Source of the DNA: Minisyncoccota bacterium
GTDB lineage: Bacteria > Patescibacteriota > Minisyncoccia > Phycocordibacterales > JBAYGS01
DNA: 64,000 nt
Reading direction: 5' to 3'
Assembly (NCBI GenBank): GCA_041666545.1
Contig: JBAYGS010000002.1
Location: forward strand, 6,065-70,064
In this document: positions 18,818-27,593 of the stretch, in pieces
Numbering within the stretch: the stretch's first letter is position 1
Layout of the letters: every line of letters starts with the position of its first letter
Position numbers and translations under genes: made by a program
Notes under the pieces: model-generated
Databases searched by the model: none
The model's input: the letters and a program-made list of their open reading frames with translations, nothing else
Told to the model about the DNA's origin: nothing

Positions 18818-20725
18818 ATGACTCAAAGCGAAGGCCGGCCAGAAATAAATTTACAAAGAGAAACCCTCGATTACTCATATCGGGCGGTGGTTTGGGATAT
18901 TGCCATTATGGTGATTTTGATTGCTGTCTTGATTTTGAATCCTTTTGAACCAGTTGCCTGGTCCTCGAAAAAAATTCTGCTGTACTTGGCCTGTTTAGTC
19001 GGTTCTTTACCGGTGATTATTAGTGCGGTTCGCGAAGCGTTGCAAAGGCGACTCTCAATGGATTTGCTTTCCGGTCTGGCCCTGGTGGCGTCCATTCTTG
19101 CCGGACAATTGGTGTCGGCAATTTTTATCGCCATGATGCTCACGGCTTCAAGGATGTTGGGGGATTGGAGTGATCGTTTGGTCAGGCGAGGAGTCCGTAG
19201 TCTGCTGCGTCTGCGTCCGCATAGTGTGAAGGTTGAAATTAGAGATGAGATTTTTGAAAAGCCGGTCCACGAGTTGAGGCCGGGTGACATCGTGATTGCC
19301 GAGTCCGGCAAACGGATTGCCGTTGACGGTCTGGTCATTGATGGGGCGGCGGCAGTGGACGAGTCTTCACTTACGGGCGAGTCTTTGCCGGTCCGAAAGG
19401 AGGTGAATTCGCGAGTTTTTAGTTCGACCCTAGTCGCTGAAGGGCATTTGAAAATTAGAGCAGAAAAAGTTGGTCGGGATACTACCCTTGAAAAGATTGT
19501 TAAGTTGGTAGAGGGTGCTCAGGCTCAAAAGTCCCGTATGACCACTTTGGCGGAGAAATTTGGCAAGATTTATATTATTTCCGTGATGCTGGTCTCGGTA
19601 GTGATTTACTACTTCACTCACAATTTCAATCTGGTGTTGTCGGTAATTTTGGTTGTCTGTGCCGACGATGTGGCGGTGGCCGTGCCACTTGCATATCTTA
19701 TTGCCGCCGGCAAGGCCTCACGAGTTGGAATTATTATCAAAGGTAGTACTTATCTTGAGTCGATGGGTCGTGCGAAAGTATTTTTGTTCGACAAGACCGG
19801 GACTTTGACTAAAGGCGTTTTGAAAGTCGATTCATTCGAGGTCTTAGATGGAATTGACCGGCAAAATATTATTTCGGCGGTCGGCGATTTGGCGAGTGAG
19901 TCGTCGCACCCGGTTTCCAAAGCAATCCATAAGTTTGCCGACAAAAATGGCGCCAAGCCGATTGATGTTAGCGACATTACTGAAACTAGTGGCAAAGGGA
20001 CCCGGGGTGTTTTTGAAGGTAAATCGATAGCAATCGGCAATCGTGCCTTTTTGCGTGATTTGGAAGTTAAAATTAGTGAAGCTGTCGAGAAGCGGGTTGT
20101 AGAAATCGAAGAGCTCGGTCAATCGGCAGTCTTTTTTACTTACGACGGTCAGTTGGCCACTCTGTTCGCAGTCTCCGATGAAGTCAAAGCCAATGCCAAA
20201 GAGTCGACCGAGCGTTTGCGTCTAGCGGGGGTCAGTACAATGATTATGATTACCGGCGACAGTGAACGGGTGGCGCTCAAAATTGCCAAAGCAGCCGGCC
20301 TCAAAGATTTCCGCGCCAAAGTTTCGCCGGAGGACAAATTGGCAGAAGTTAAAAAACATCTTTCGAAGGATTACACGACTGTGATGGTGGGGGATGGCGT
20401 TAACGATGCCGCCGCCTTGAGTTTGGCTGATGTCGGGATTGCGATGGGGCACACCGGCTTTGATGTTGCCATCGAGTCGGCCGATATTGTCTTAATGCAT
20501 GACGATTTGTCAAAACTGGTTGAGACGATGGAGCTGTCACGGAAAGTCCGCAGCGTGATTAAACAGGATTTTTGGATTTGGGGATTAAGCAATGCTCTCG
20601 GTTTGTTTCTGGTTTTCGGTAGTTTTATCGGACCGGCTGGCGCCGCGGCCTACAATTTTATTTCCGACTTTTTCCCGTTGGCCAATTCGGTCAGAATCTT
20701 CTTTTCCGGTAAAAAGCCTTTATAG
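18818..20725 (+). CDS. P-type ATPase, P1B-like (heavy-metal type) without N-terminal metal-binding domain; the TM6 CPC motif is replaced by CAD
   Basis: DKTGTLT, GDGVNDAAAL, TGES. The region reading SVLIIACPCALGLATP in CopA, as recalled from memory, reads SVILVVCADDVAVAVP here. Confidence 0.75.
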   Translation: MTQSEGRPEINLQRETLDYSYRAVVWDIAIMVILIAVLILNPFEPVAWSSKKILLYLACLVGSLPVIISAVREALQRRLSMDLLSGLALVASILAGQLVSAIFIAMMLTASRMLGDWSDRLVRRGVRSLLRLRPHSVKVEIRDEIFEKPVHELRPGDIVIAESGKRIAVDGLVIDGAAAVDESSLTGESLPVRKEVNSRVFSSTLVAEGHLKIRAEKVGRDTTLEKIVKLVEGAQAQKSRMTTLAEKFGKIYIISVMLVSVVIYYFTHNFNLVLSVILVVCADDVAVAVPLAYLIAAGKASRVGIIIKGSTYLESMGRAKVFLFDKTGTLTKGVLKVDSFEVLDGIDRQNIISAVGDLASESSHPVSKAIHKFADKNGAKPIDVSDITETSGKGTRGVFEGKSIAIGNRAFLRDLEVKISEAVEKRVVEIEELGQSAVFFTYDGQLATLFAVSDEVKANAKESTERLRLAGVSTMIMITGDSERVALKIAKAAGLKDFRAKVSPEDKLAEVKKHLSKDYTTVMVGDGVNDAAALSLADVGIAMGHTGFDVAIESADIVLMHDDLSKLVETMELSRKVRSVIKQDFWIWGLSNALGLFLVFGSFIGPAGAAAYNFISDFFPLANSVRIFFSGKKPL

Positions 20726-21069
20726 TTGACAGAGAAATTTTTTGCAGTATATTGTTGGTAGAAAAAGAAAGGCGATTATGCGTTATGTTCTCCAGATTTT
20801 TCTGAATCTGTTTGACCTGTTTCTTATCGGCGTTTCCGCTTGGAACATCTATAATGCCAATTACGACCTGTGTATGATTGGCATGGTCTTTTGTCTCGTA
20901 GTTGTATGGAATGCGCAAGGCGGTTTTATGGTCTGGCGACCATCGAATGTCCGCCAATTTATGAAAAACGCCAGGGCCGCCGGTCTTTGATTTGTGTCAG
21001 CCGTTCCGAGTGGAGCGGCTTTTAATTTTGCAAAACTGTTCGATATCTTTTAAAGATTTAGGCTAAATT

Positions 21070-21145
21070 TGGAGCCGAAGGCCAGGATTGAACTGGCGGC
21101 CCCCACTTTACGAAAGTGGTGCTCTACCAACTGAGCTACTTCGGC
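21070..21145 (-). tRNA. tRNA-Thr (CGT), CCA encoded
   Basis: The reverse complement folds as GCCGAAG...anticodon loop UUCGUAA...T loop UUCAAUC...CUUCGGC-U-CCA. Confidence 0.85.
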
Positions 21146-21185
21146 TTATTGCAAATGCCCGCCCACGGGGCGGGCATTTGTCTTG

Positions 21186-21435
21186 AGCCGTTGTCCAGGA
21201 TTGAACTGGAGACCTCGTCATTCGTTTGCACCTCTCTTTGCAGGAGGACTAGACTGTATCTTTTTCCGTATCATAGACGGAAACCCTTGTCAGTCGTTCG
21301 GGCGACTTTATCGCCACGGTCTTATCCCAGAGGGACTTTAACCGTTATTCGGGATTCATAAGGAGATTACTCTCCAAATGGGCAGGGGGGTTACGACCCA
21401 CCAATGACGTGCTCTACCGACTGAGCTACAACGGC
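21186..21435 (-). tRNA. tRNA-Thr (GGT) interrupted by a group I-like intron. Exons are 21400-21435 and 21186-21222 on the minus strand.
   Basis: Joined exons: GCCGUUGUAGCUCAGUCGGUAGAGCACGUCAUUGGUAAUGACGAGGUCUCCAGUUCAAUCCUGGACAACGGCU, a perfect cloverleaf with anticodon GGU. Confidence 0.75.
21223..21399 (-). ncRNA. Small (about 177 nt) group I-like intron between anticodon nt 36 and 37 of tRNA-Thr(GGT)
   Basis: Exon ends in U and the intron ends in G. Contains GACUGACAAGG ... AAGAUACAGUCUAGUCC (a P7-like GACUG/CAGUC pairing with an S-like AAGAUA.AGUC element). Shorter than the smallest group I introns I can recall, so the confidence is lower. Confidence 0.55.
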
Positions 21436-21463
21436 TTAGCACCCACATAGACTATTATATTTT

Positions 21464-22051
21464 CTAGATATTATCAATCTTGTCGCACAGTAGCCTTTTA
21501 AGTTTGATATTGTTGAAGTATACCATCAGCACACCATTCTCAGATTTATATTTATAGGTTCCACTTCCTCTGACTTTAGAAATTATTATCTTATAAAATT
21601 GTTTTTTGCTAACTTTCAAAGTTTTGGTCCAAAAACTCAGTGCCTTCTCTGGTGAAATATCGCCAAAAATTTGAAGCCCAAAGTGTAGGCTCTTTTTGTT
21701 GATAGAATAAAACACTTCCAAAAAATCAATAAATTTTCTAATAAGATTGGCATCGGTGTTTCCAAGTCGCACTCCGCCGTTGCCACGCTTTGCTCCCTCT
21801 CCCCAATAAAGGCCAAGACCTAATCCGTAAAGAACTCCCTCGTCTACATTTTTTGGGAATGTCACCATAAAAGGATCACCAAGCGGATTATGTTTTTGGT
21901 ATATAGCTTCAGAAATTGATCTTTTGCTTATTTCGTATTTGCTCAGCCAGTAATTCACCTTACCTTCTGAGCAATTAATCTTTTCAGCAATCTGTGCTGC
22001 AGAGAGTTTGCTATTCTGATACAGTTCAGTTAATTCGCTTCTTTTAATCAT
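21464..22051 (-). CDS. HTH-domain protein with LAGLIDADG-like motif; paralog of 14532-15221
   Basis: 195 aa, AT-rich. HTH LSAAQIAEKINCSEGKVNYW. GLGLGLYWGEGAKRGN...LGNTDANLIRKFIDFL aligns with the other copy across the C-terminal domain. Lies 29 nt upstream of the intron-containing tRNA-Thr on the same strand. Confidence 0.5.
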   Translation of the reverse strand: MIKRSELTELYQNSKLSAAQIAEKINCSEGKVNYWLSKYEISKRSISEAIYQKHNPLGDPFMVTFPKNVDEGVLYGLGLGLYWGEGAKRGNGGVRLGNTDANLIRKFIDFLEVFYSINKKSLHFGLQIFGDISPEKALSFWTKTLKVSKKQFYKIIISKVRGSGTYKYKSENGVLMVYFNNIKLKRLLCDKIDNI

Positions 22052-22301
22052 GGTAGATAAGATACATATGTACTTAGTCTATCATGATTAAGTGTATCGA
22101 GGAAGTGGGTTTACTGCCTTGCCATTTTGTTTGTCTCGTAATACCATTTCTGGAGTGGAGAGTCGTGTGAGAGTCTTTACTCCGAACAGCTCGCTTTGCC
22201 ATTTGAGCACTTAAAGGCGTTTTGTTCGCATCCTCTCCCGTTGCGCCTGGCCACCCTTTCGGGGGCCAGGCGTTTTATATTATTAAAATTCTGATAGACT
22301 A

Positions 22302-23177
22302 ATGCCTATGGAAGCTAAAAATCAAAAATTGGTGGAATTGGTGGCGGAAATGCAGGCGCCCGATTTTTGGGCGGACAAAAATCGGGCGCAGTCAGTCATC
22401 AAGGAAATTGCCGATTTAAAAGCTGACTTGGCTGGTGAAGGGAAGTATGACAAGGGTGACGCGATTATGACGATTCTTTCCGGCGCCGGTGGTGATGACG
22501 CTGAGGACTTCTCCAGGATTCTTTTTGAAATGTATCAGAAATATTTTGCTAAGCAGGGTTTCAGTTGTCGACTACTTCATGATAATGAAAATGACCATGG
22601 TGGTTATCGTAATCTAACCGTCGAAGTTTCAGGTAAGAATGTCTACGGTACTCTGAAAGGCGAATCAGGCGTTCATCGCTTAGTGAGGATTTCGCCATTT
22701 AACGCCAAACAACTTCGGCACACCTCTTTTTCAATGGTTGAGATAATCCCAAAATTTGAAAAGACTGCCGATGTGGTAATACCTGACGATGAGTTGAGAA
22801 TTGAATTTGCGCGCGCCGGCGGGGCAGGTGGTCAAAATGTGAATAAACGAGAGACGGCTGTTCGGATCGTGCATATCCCAACCAATCTCTCGGCCCATGT
22901 CTCAAGTGAGCGTTCGCAACACCAGAATCGCGAAAAAGCTATGGATATTTTGAAGGGTAAGATTTACAAAATGCGCGAGGACGAAAGGTTGGCCAAAGAA
23001 AAGGGAATGTATCTGTCTAAAACCACTTCGATTGAGTGGGGGAACCAAATTCGCTCCTACGTATTTCATCCCTACAAAATGGTTAAAGACCACCGCACTA
23101 ATGTCGAAACCGCGCAGATTGATAAGGTGTTAAACGGGGAGCTCGACGAGTTTATTTTAGCCGAACAGCAGTTATAG
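22302..23177 (+). CDS. prfB: Peptide chain release factor 2 (short N-terminus, no frameshift site)
   Basis: SPF tripeptide (RISPFNAKQ) and GGQ (RAGGAGGQNVNK). 291 aa. A terminator at 22244-22278 lies immediately upstream, leaving no room for a frame-0 leader. Confidence 0.85.
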   Translation: MPMEAKNQKLVELVAEMQAPDFWADKNRAQSVIKEIADLKADLAGEGKYDKGDAIMTILSGAGGDDAEDFSRILFEMYQKYFAKQGFSCRLLHDNENDHGGYRNLTVEVSGKNVYGTLKGESGVHRLVRISPFNAKQLRHTSFSMVEIIPKFEKTADVVIPDDELRIEFARAGGAGGQNVNKRETAVRIVHIPTNLSAHVSSERSQHQNREKAMDILKGKIYKMREDERLAKEKGMYLSKTTSIEWGNQIRSYVFHPYKMVKDHRTNVETAQIDKVLNGELDEFILAEQQL

Positions 23178-23234
23178 GCTGAGGCCGAGCAGAAACAGTT
23201 TGGTAACTAAAGCTTTTATAAACCATATACCACA

Positions 23235-23828
23235 ATGAAACAGGATATTATTTTAGGCTCGAGCTCATCCGGTAGGAAAAAAGTCCTTGCGGATTTGGGG
23301 TACAAGTTTTCTGTAATGAGCCCGGGTATAGATGAAAAGGCGATTCGCCACGATGATCCCAAGAAGCTGACTTCGCTACTCGCCAATGCCAAGGCCGACG
23401 CCTTGCTGGAAAGGATAAAAAGTCCGGCAATCCTCATCACCTCAGATCAGGTGGTTGTCTGTAATGGTCAGATTTTAGAAAAACCAGAAAGCCCCGCCCA
23501 GGCTAAGGATTTCCTAAGTCGTTATGTAGACCATCCGGCCGAGACGACTGCTACCGTGGTCGTGACTGATACGAAATCTGGCAAGAGATTCGAAGGGTTG
23601 GATATCGCGAAAGTATTTTTTGACCGGATTCCAGATGAGCTTGTTGACCGACTTATCGAGAAAGGGGAAATCATGGAAATGTCGGGCGCCTTTATGATTG
23701 ACGAGCCTTTATTACAAAAATACATCAAGGAAGTCCAAGGTGAACCTGAAAGCGTGTTCGGTCTACCTAAACAACTGACAAAGCGTCTTCTCGACATGGC
23801 CCAGGTCGCATCTGTAAAAGTGGCCTAA
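23235..23828 (+). CDS. maf: Maf-like nucleoside triphosphate pyrophosphatase
   Basis: IILGSSSSGRKKVLADLG N-terminal Maf signature. 197 aa. Confidence 0.75.
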   Translation: MKQDIILGSSSSGRKKVLADLGYKFSVMSPGIDEKAIRHDDPKKLTSLLANAKADALLERIKSPAILITSDQVVVCNGQILEKPESPAQAKDFLSRYVDHPAETTATVVVTDTKSGKRFEGLDIAKVFFDRIPDELVDRLIEKGEIMEMSGAFMIDEPLLQKYIKEVQGEPESVFGLPKQLTKRLLDMAQVASVKVA

Positions 23829-23893
23829 CGGGGCCATTTTTTTGGTATCGAGCAGAAAGAAATCGTTTTTGGGCTTGACTTTCTAATTGAATA

Positions 23894-24036
23894 TGCTATC
23901 ATAGGGCTTTAGACAAGTCGGAGCCAAAAAACACCGGCGAATCGGCTTGTAAAATCTCCAGCACCTTGAAAAAGGGTGCGCATCCAATCTTCAAGACTTT
24001 AATGAGGCCTGAGCACCCCGCTCAGGCCTTTTGTGT
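23894..24036 (+). promoter_or_regulatory. Candidate cis-regulatory leader RNA (riboswitch/attenuator-like), copy 1: -10 box, conserved hairpins, intrinsic terminator
   Basis: TGCTATCAT (-10, 23894-23902). ACAAGUCGG...CGGCUUGU long stem, UAAAAUC linker, AGCACC-UUGAAAAAG-GGUGC hairpin. Terminator AGGCCUGAGC-ACCCC-GCUCAGGCCUUUUGU (24005-24036). The ORF starts at 24090. Confidence 0.55.
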
Positions 24037-24089
24037 ACCCAAACCTAAAACCCAAACCCGCTCGGCAACGAGCATAACCGAAAAAACAT

Positions 24090-24371
24090 ATGGGCCTCGA
24101 AAGACTAGACCGTTGGTGTGATCAGTTGGAAATGAAGAAGCAATACTTTGGGCAAAGAAAGAATTGGGCTCGGAGTTTCGCCGAACAAAACGGACTTGCT
24201 AATCCCGGGGATAGTGCAGTCGGAATGTTCTACGCGCGTACCTATCAGGTGATAATAGGTCCACGTGGCGGTCTGAATATCCACGGACAACTACCTTGGC
24301 AGGATTCGAACGGTTGGCGCTGGTTTGAGAAGACGCCTAAGCAGCGCAAGAGGGCTGAAAGGGAGGAATAG
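24090..24371 (+). CDS. Hypothetical protein
   Basis: 93 aa ORF downstream of leader element copy 1. A terminator-like hairpin lies at 24376-24408. Confidence 0.4.
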   Translation: MGLERLDRWCDQLEMKKQYFGQRKNWARSFAEQNGLANPGDSAVGMFYARTYQVIIGPRGGLNIHGQLPWQDSNGWRWFEKTPKQRKRAEREE

Positions 24372-24493
24372 AAAATAGGGGTTCGGTTCGATCCCGAACC
24401 CCTTTCTGTCCCGAGATGAGTGTCTCGGCTGATGAGCTCAAAAGAGCGAAACAGAAGTTCTTCGACAACAAAATAAAATGAAGGGAAAAACTG

Positions 24494-24778
24494 ATGAACC
24501 AAATCATAACAGTATTGATTAATCACACCTCGGCCTGTTCCAAAGCACGACAACTTCTCGAGGATCTTCTTAAAATTTTACCCAAGGATAGTACCACAAT
24601 ACGTGAACAGCTAGAGGCTTGTCTGCCGGAACTCAAAGTTAAAGAAGTAGCTGAAGAAAAATGGCAAGCAGAACTTCGAATGGAACAGGTACAGCGAGCA
24701 CACGAGGAGGAGCATTTTAAGTTTAAGCACGGCCGCGAATGGGACCCGCGGGATGACCCAGACTGGAGGCCTTACTAA
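24494..24778 (+). CDS. Hypothetical protein
   Basis: 94 aa, acidic C-terminus. Confidence 0.4.
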   Translation: MNQIITVLINHTSACSKARQLLEDLLKILPKDSTTIREQLEACLPELKVKEVAEEKWQAELRMEQVQRAHEEEHFKFKHGREWDPRDDPDWRPY

Positions 24779-24851
24779 AATCTAGTCACACTGGCAAACG
24801 AAAGTTTGCCAGTCTTATCTTTTGGGCAGATAGTGGGGTATAATTTAAAAT

Positions 24852-25364
24852 ATGATTTTAACCCGCGACATAATTTTAAAAGAGATTGAAAAAGGAAATA
24901 TTAAAATTTCAGCTTTTGAGGAAAAACTTTTGGGACCAGCCTCTTATGATTTGGCTTTGGGGAAAAGCTTGAGAATTTTTACTAAACAAAAAGAAGCTTA
25001 TCCGGTTCACGACGATGCCGATTTCGCTCACATTACAGAATTGATTGAGATGACTGAAGCTGGTTATACGATGCAACCTGGGGAAGCGGTGCTCGGGGTG
25101 ACTGAGGAGAAAATTACTCTGGCACCCAACATTGCCGGCTGGCTGGAAGGGCGAAGTCGTTTTGCCCGAGTAGGTCTTATGGTTCATATTTCTTCACCAT
25201 TTATGCAACCTGGGATTGATAGTCATCAGGTTTTAGAGATTGCTAACTTGGGACCGACTCCGCTTACGATTTTTCCCGGCACCAAAATTTGCCAATTTAT
25301 TTTTGAATATTGCGAAGGCGGGGCAGAATATAAAGGGAAATTTTCCGGACAAACGACTCCTTGA
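24852..25364 (+). CDS. dcd: dCTP deaminase (dUTPase fold)
   Basis: MILTRDIILKEIEKGNIKISAFEEKLLGPASYDLALG matches the Dcd N-terminus. -10 GGGTATAAT lies 9 nt before the ATG. Confidence 0.85.
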   Translation: MILTRDIILKEIEKGNIKISAFEEKLLGPASYDLALGKSLRIFTKQKEAYPVHDDADFAHITELIEMTEAGYTMQPGEAVLGVTEEKITLAPNIAGWLEGRSRFARVGLMVHISSPFMQPGIDSHQVLEIANLGPTPLTIFPGTKICQFIFEYCEGGAEYKGKFSGQTTP

Positions 25365-25380
25365 CAAGTGGTCGTTAATT

Positions 25381-25494
25381 TGCTATACTTCTGCCAGTCA
25401 AGTCGGAACCAGGCAATACCGGCAAACCGGCTTGTAAAATCGAAAGCACCTTGAAATGGTGAATTCGGATCGGCAACAAGCCGGTCTTTTTTGT
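25381..25494 (+). promoter_or_regulatory. Candidate cis-regulatory leader RNA, copy 2 (same architecture as 23894-24036)
   Basis: TGCTATACT (-10, 25381-25389). CAAGUCGG...CCGGCUUG stem, UAAAAUC, AGCACC-UUGAAAU-GGUG hairpin. Terminator GAUCGGC-AACAA-GCCGGUC-UUUUUU (25468-25494). The ORF starts at 25532. Confidence 0.55.
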
Positions 25495-25531
25495 CCCTGA
25501 ACCTAAACCTGAAGAAAGGAAATCCGAAAGT

Positions 25532-26671
25532 ATGACGATAAACCTAGCGCAGTCGATTCTTGGACTCGAGGAAGGTATCACGGTGATTGTGATTACCGGT
25601 GGTCCCTGCAGTGGCAAGACCACCGGCCTGTCATACCTCAAACAGAAGCTTACTGACCGGGGTTACAAAGTTCTGGTTGTTCCGGAGACGGCGACAAAAT
25701 TAATCAGTGGCGGTATGACCCCGGGTGAGTTATCCTGGCCGGAATTTCAGGAGCACATCCTCTTGGACACGATGGATCAGGAGGCACGATTCTTCCAGAT
25801 TGCCAGTTCCTATCTCAGGCAAGGCAAGAAAGTGGTGGTGCTCTGTGACCGAGGGATGATGGATGGCGAGGCTTATGTCGGCGAGAAAACTTTTGGGCAG
25901 ATGCTTGAACGATTCAGTCTGGATCGGCTCGCGGTTCGCGACGGTCGCTATCACGCGGTGATGCACTTGCAGACGGCAGCAATCGGGGCCGAGCAGTTCT
26001 ACACCCTCGAAAACAATGCCGCAAGGATCGAAACTCCGGCGCAGGCGAGAAAGCTGGACGCAAAGACGCTTCAGGCCTGGCAAGGGCATGCTCATCCACG
26101 GGTGATTGATAACAGCACGGATTTCGAGGGCAAAATGAAAAGATTGCTCGCGGAAGTCTGCGGAGTGCTTGGCGACCCGGTACCGATTGAAAAGGAAGAC
26201 AAATTCCTAATTAAACCGGTCGACCTCAAGAAGTTCAAAGTCTCTTGGACCGAGAGTCAGATTGTCCAAGATTACTTGGTGTCTCCGGCCGAGGGTGAGG
26301 AAAGACGAGTTCGGGCCCGTGGTGATGGTAAAAACTTCTCCTACTACTACACGGTCAAGCGCGAGCTTCGGCCTGGTGAGCGAGTTGAACAGGAGAAAAT
26401 GATCACCGAGCGGGAGTACCAATCTCTGCTTACTCTCAAGGACCCGAAGATGCAGACGATTCGGAAACGGCGGATCTGTTTCTTCTGGAAAAACCAATTC
26501 TTCGAAGTCGACATCTTCGAAGGGTCGGCTAGGGGTCTCTATTTGATGGAGGCCGAAAGAACCGACCGGGCGCCGGAATTGAAGCTGCCACCCTTCATCA
26601 AGGTGGTCAAGAACGTCACGGGGGACAAGCGGTATTCCAACAAGCGGATTGCTGCCGGCTCCGTGAACTGA
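25532..26671 (+). CDS. P-loop NTPase (nucleoside/nucleotide kinase-like) fused to a C-terminal CYTH (triphosphate tunnel) domain
   Basis: Walker A GGPCSGKTTG at the N-terminus. The C-terminal half begins EKEDKFLIKP with conserved acidic and basic residues typical of CYTH. GC-rich. Confidence 0.6.
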   Translation: MTINLAQSILGLEEGITVIVITGGPCSGKTTGLSYLKQKLTDRGYKVLVVPETATKLISGGMTPGELSWPEFQEHILLDTMDQEARFFQIASSYLRQGKKVVVLCDRGMMDGEAYVGEKTFGQMLERFSLDRLAVRDGRYHAVMHLQTAAIGAEQFYTLENNAARIETPAQARKLDAKTLQAWQGHAHPRVIDNSTDFEGKMKRLLAEVCGVLGDPVPIEKEDKFLIKPVDLKKFKVSWTESQIVQDYLVSPAEGEERRVRARGDGKNFSYYYTVKRELRPGERVEQEKMITEREYQSLLTLKDPKMQTIRKRRICFFWKNQFFEVDIFEGSARGLYLMEAERTDRAPELKLPPFIKVVKNVTGDKRYSNKRIAAGSVN

Positions 26672-26816
26672 CCAAATTCACTACATCCGCCCAAGTTTGC
26701 AAGAGCAAACTCGGGCGGTTTTAATTTGCCATCAGGCACTTGACAAATTGCTACACAGCAGTATTCTACAAATGAAGCCAAGCTAGTTCCTTTTAACAAC
26801 CAAAGAAAGGCAGATT

Positions 26817-27464
26817 ATGAAGTTGTTTGAATTCCGAGGTAAGTTACCAGCTCGTGCCGGCAAAGCCGAGTTGAGATTCGGAAATCCTACCCACGCTGAT
26901 TTCGTAGCCTTTCGAGACGGGAAAACAATCCGATTGGTCGGAAGAGCTCAAGATGAGTTTTATCCCTTACTCGATGGACGACAATTTATTTATCGGGCCC
27001 CGAACGACGTGGTGTTTTTCGGGGGCACAGATGAAGAACCTTTTTTGGTTCAGTTGAGTCGTCGGCCGATGGATGTTTTTATTGAGGACGGCGAGGAAGC
27101 CTTTTTTGAAAGTCTGTTCCCGGATCAAGCCCGCTTGGCGGAAAAACTTTTCGGGACAAAAACCGTTCGTCAGGGAGATATCTTTGCAACCCCGGTCGGT
27201 ATTCCGTGGGAGGAATTGGAAAGGTACGAGAAGCTTTTTTCCGGCAGAGAAATTCCAGTCGCGTCAGGGAAGTCTCTGTCCCCGGTCTTGAGTACACGGC
27301 ATAGGTTGAAAGGGAGGATTCACCTTACCAAAGTTTTCGGTATCTCTGACGGCCAAGTGGGGGAAGGTCTTCTCAGTGCCCCCGATCACGAATCCAAAGA
27401 GTTAAAGGGTGTTCACACCCTTCATCAGACTAGTTACCTCTTTTCTCCTCTTCAAGCTGATTGA
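26817..27464 (+). CDS. Hypothetical protein
   Basis: 215 aa. Preceded by a terminator (26687-26724) and a TTGACA-N16-TATTCT promoter-like site. GC-rich. Confidence 0.5.
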   Translation: MKLFEFRGKLPARAGKAELRFGNPTHADFVAFRDGKTIRLVGRAQDEFYPLLDGRQFIYRAPNDVVFFGGTDEEPFLVQLSRRPMDVFIEDGEEAFFESLFPDQARLAEKLFGTKTVRQGDIFATPVGIPWEELERYEKLFSGREIPVASGKSLSPVLSTRHRLKGRIHLTKVFGISDGQVGEGLLSAPDHESKELKGVHTLHQTSYLFSPLQAD

Positions 27465-27558
27465 GTTTTGGACCCAACGCATTAGATGCGCTGGGTCTCT
27501 TATTTTTATGCTATAATTTTCCTATCAGTCGCTAATTTTTGCATTTTCTCAGCTCCCT

Positions 27559-27593
27559 ATACCATATACTATATACTTAATACCATATACTTC
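27559..27593 (+). repeat. (ATACCAT)-family heptamer array x5 ending 3 nt before the ftsE ATG (reverse complement of the GGTATAT family)
   Basis: ataccat atactat atactta ataccat atacttc. Confidence 0.75.

Noticed and set aside
22302-23177. Looked for the programmed +1 frameshift site typical of prfB (short frame-0 leader ending CUU UGA C).
   Set aside because: A strong terminator (22244-22278) ends only about 25 nt upstream of the ATG and no frame-0 ORF precedes it. The protein simply has a short N-terminus, so no frameshift is proposed.
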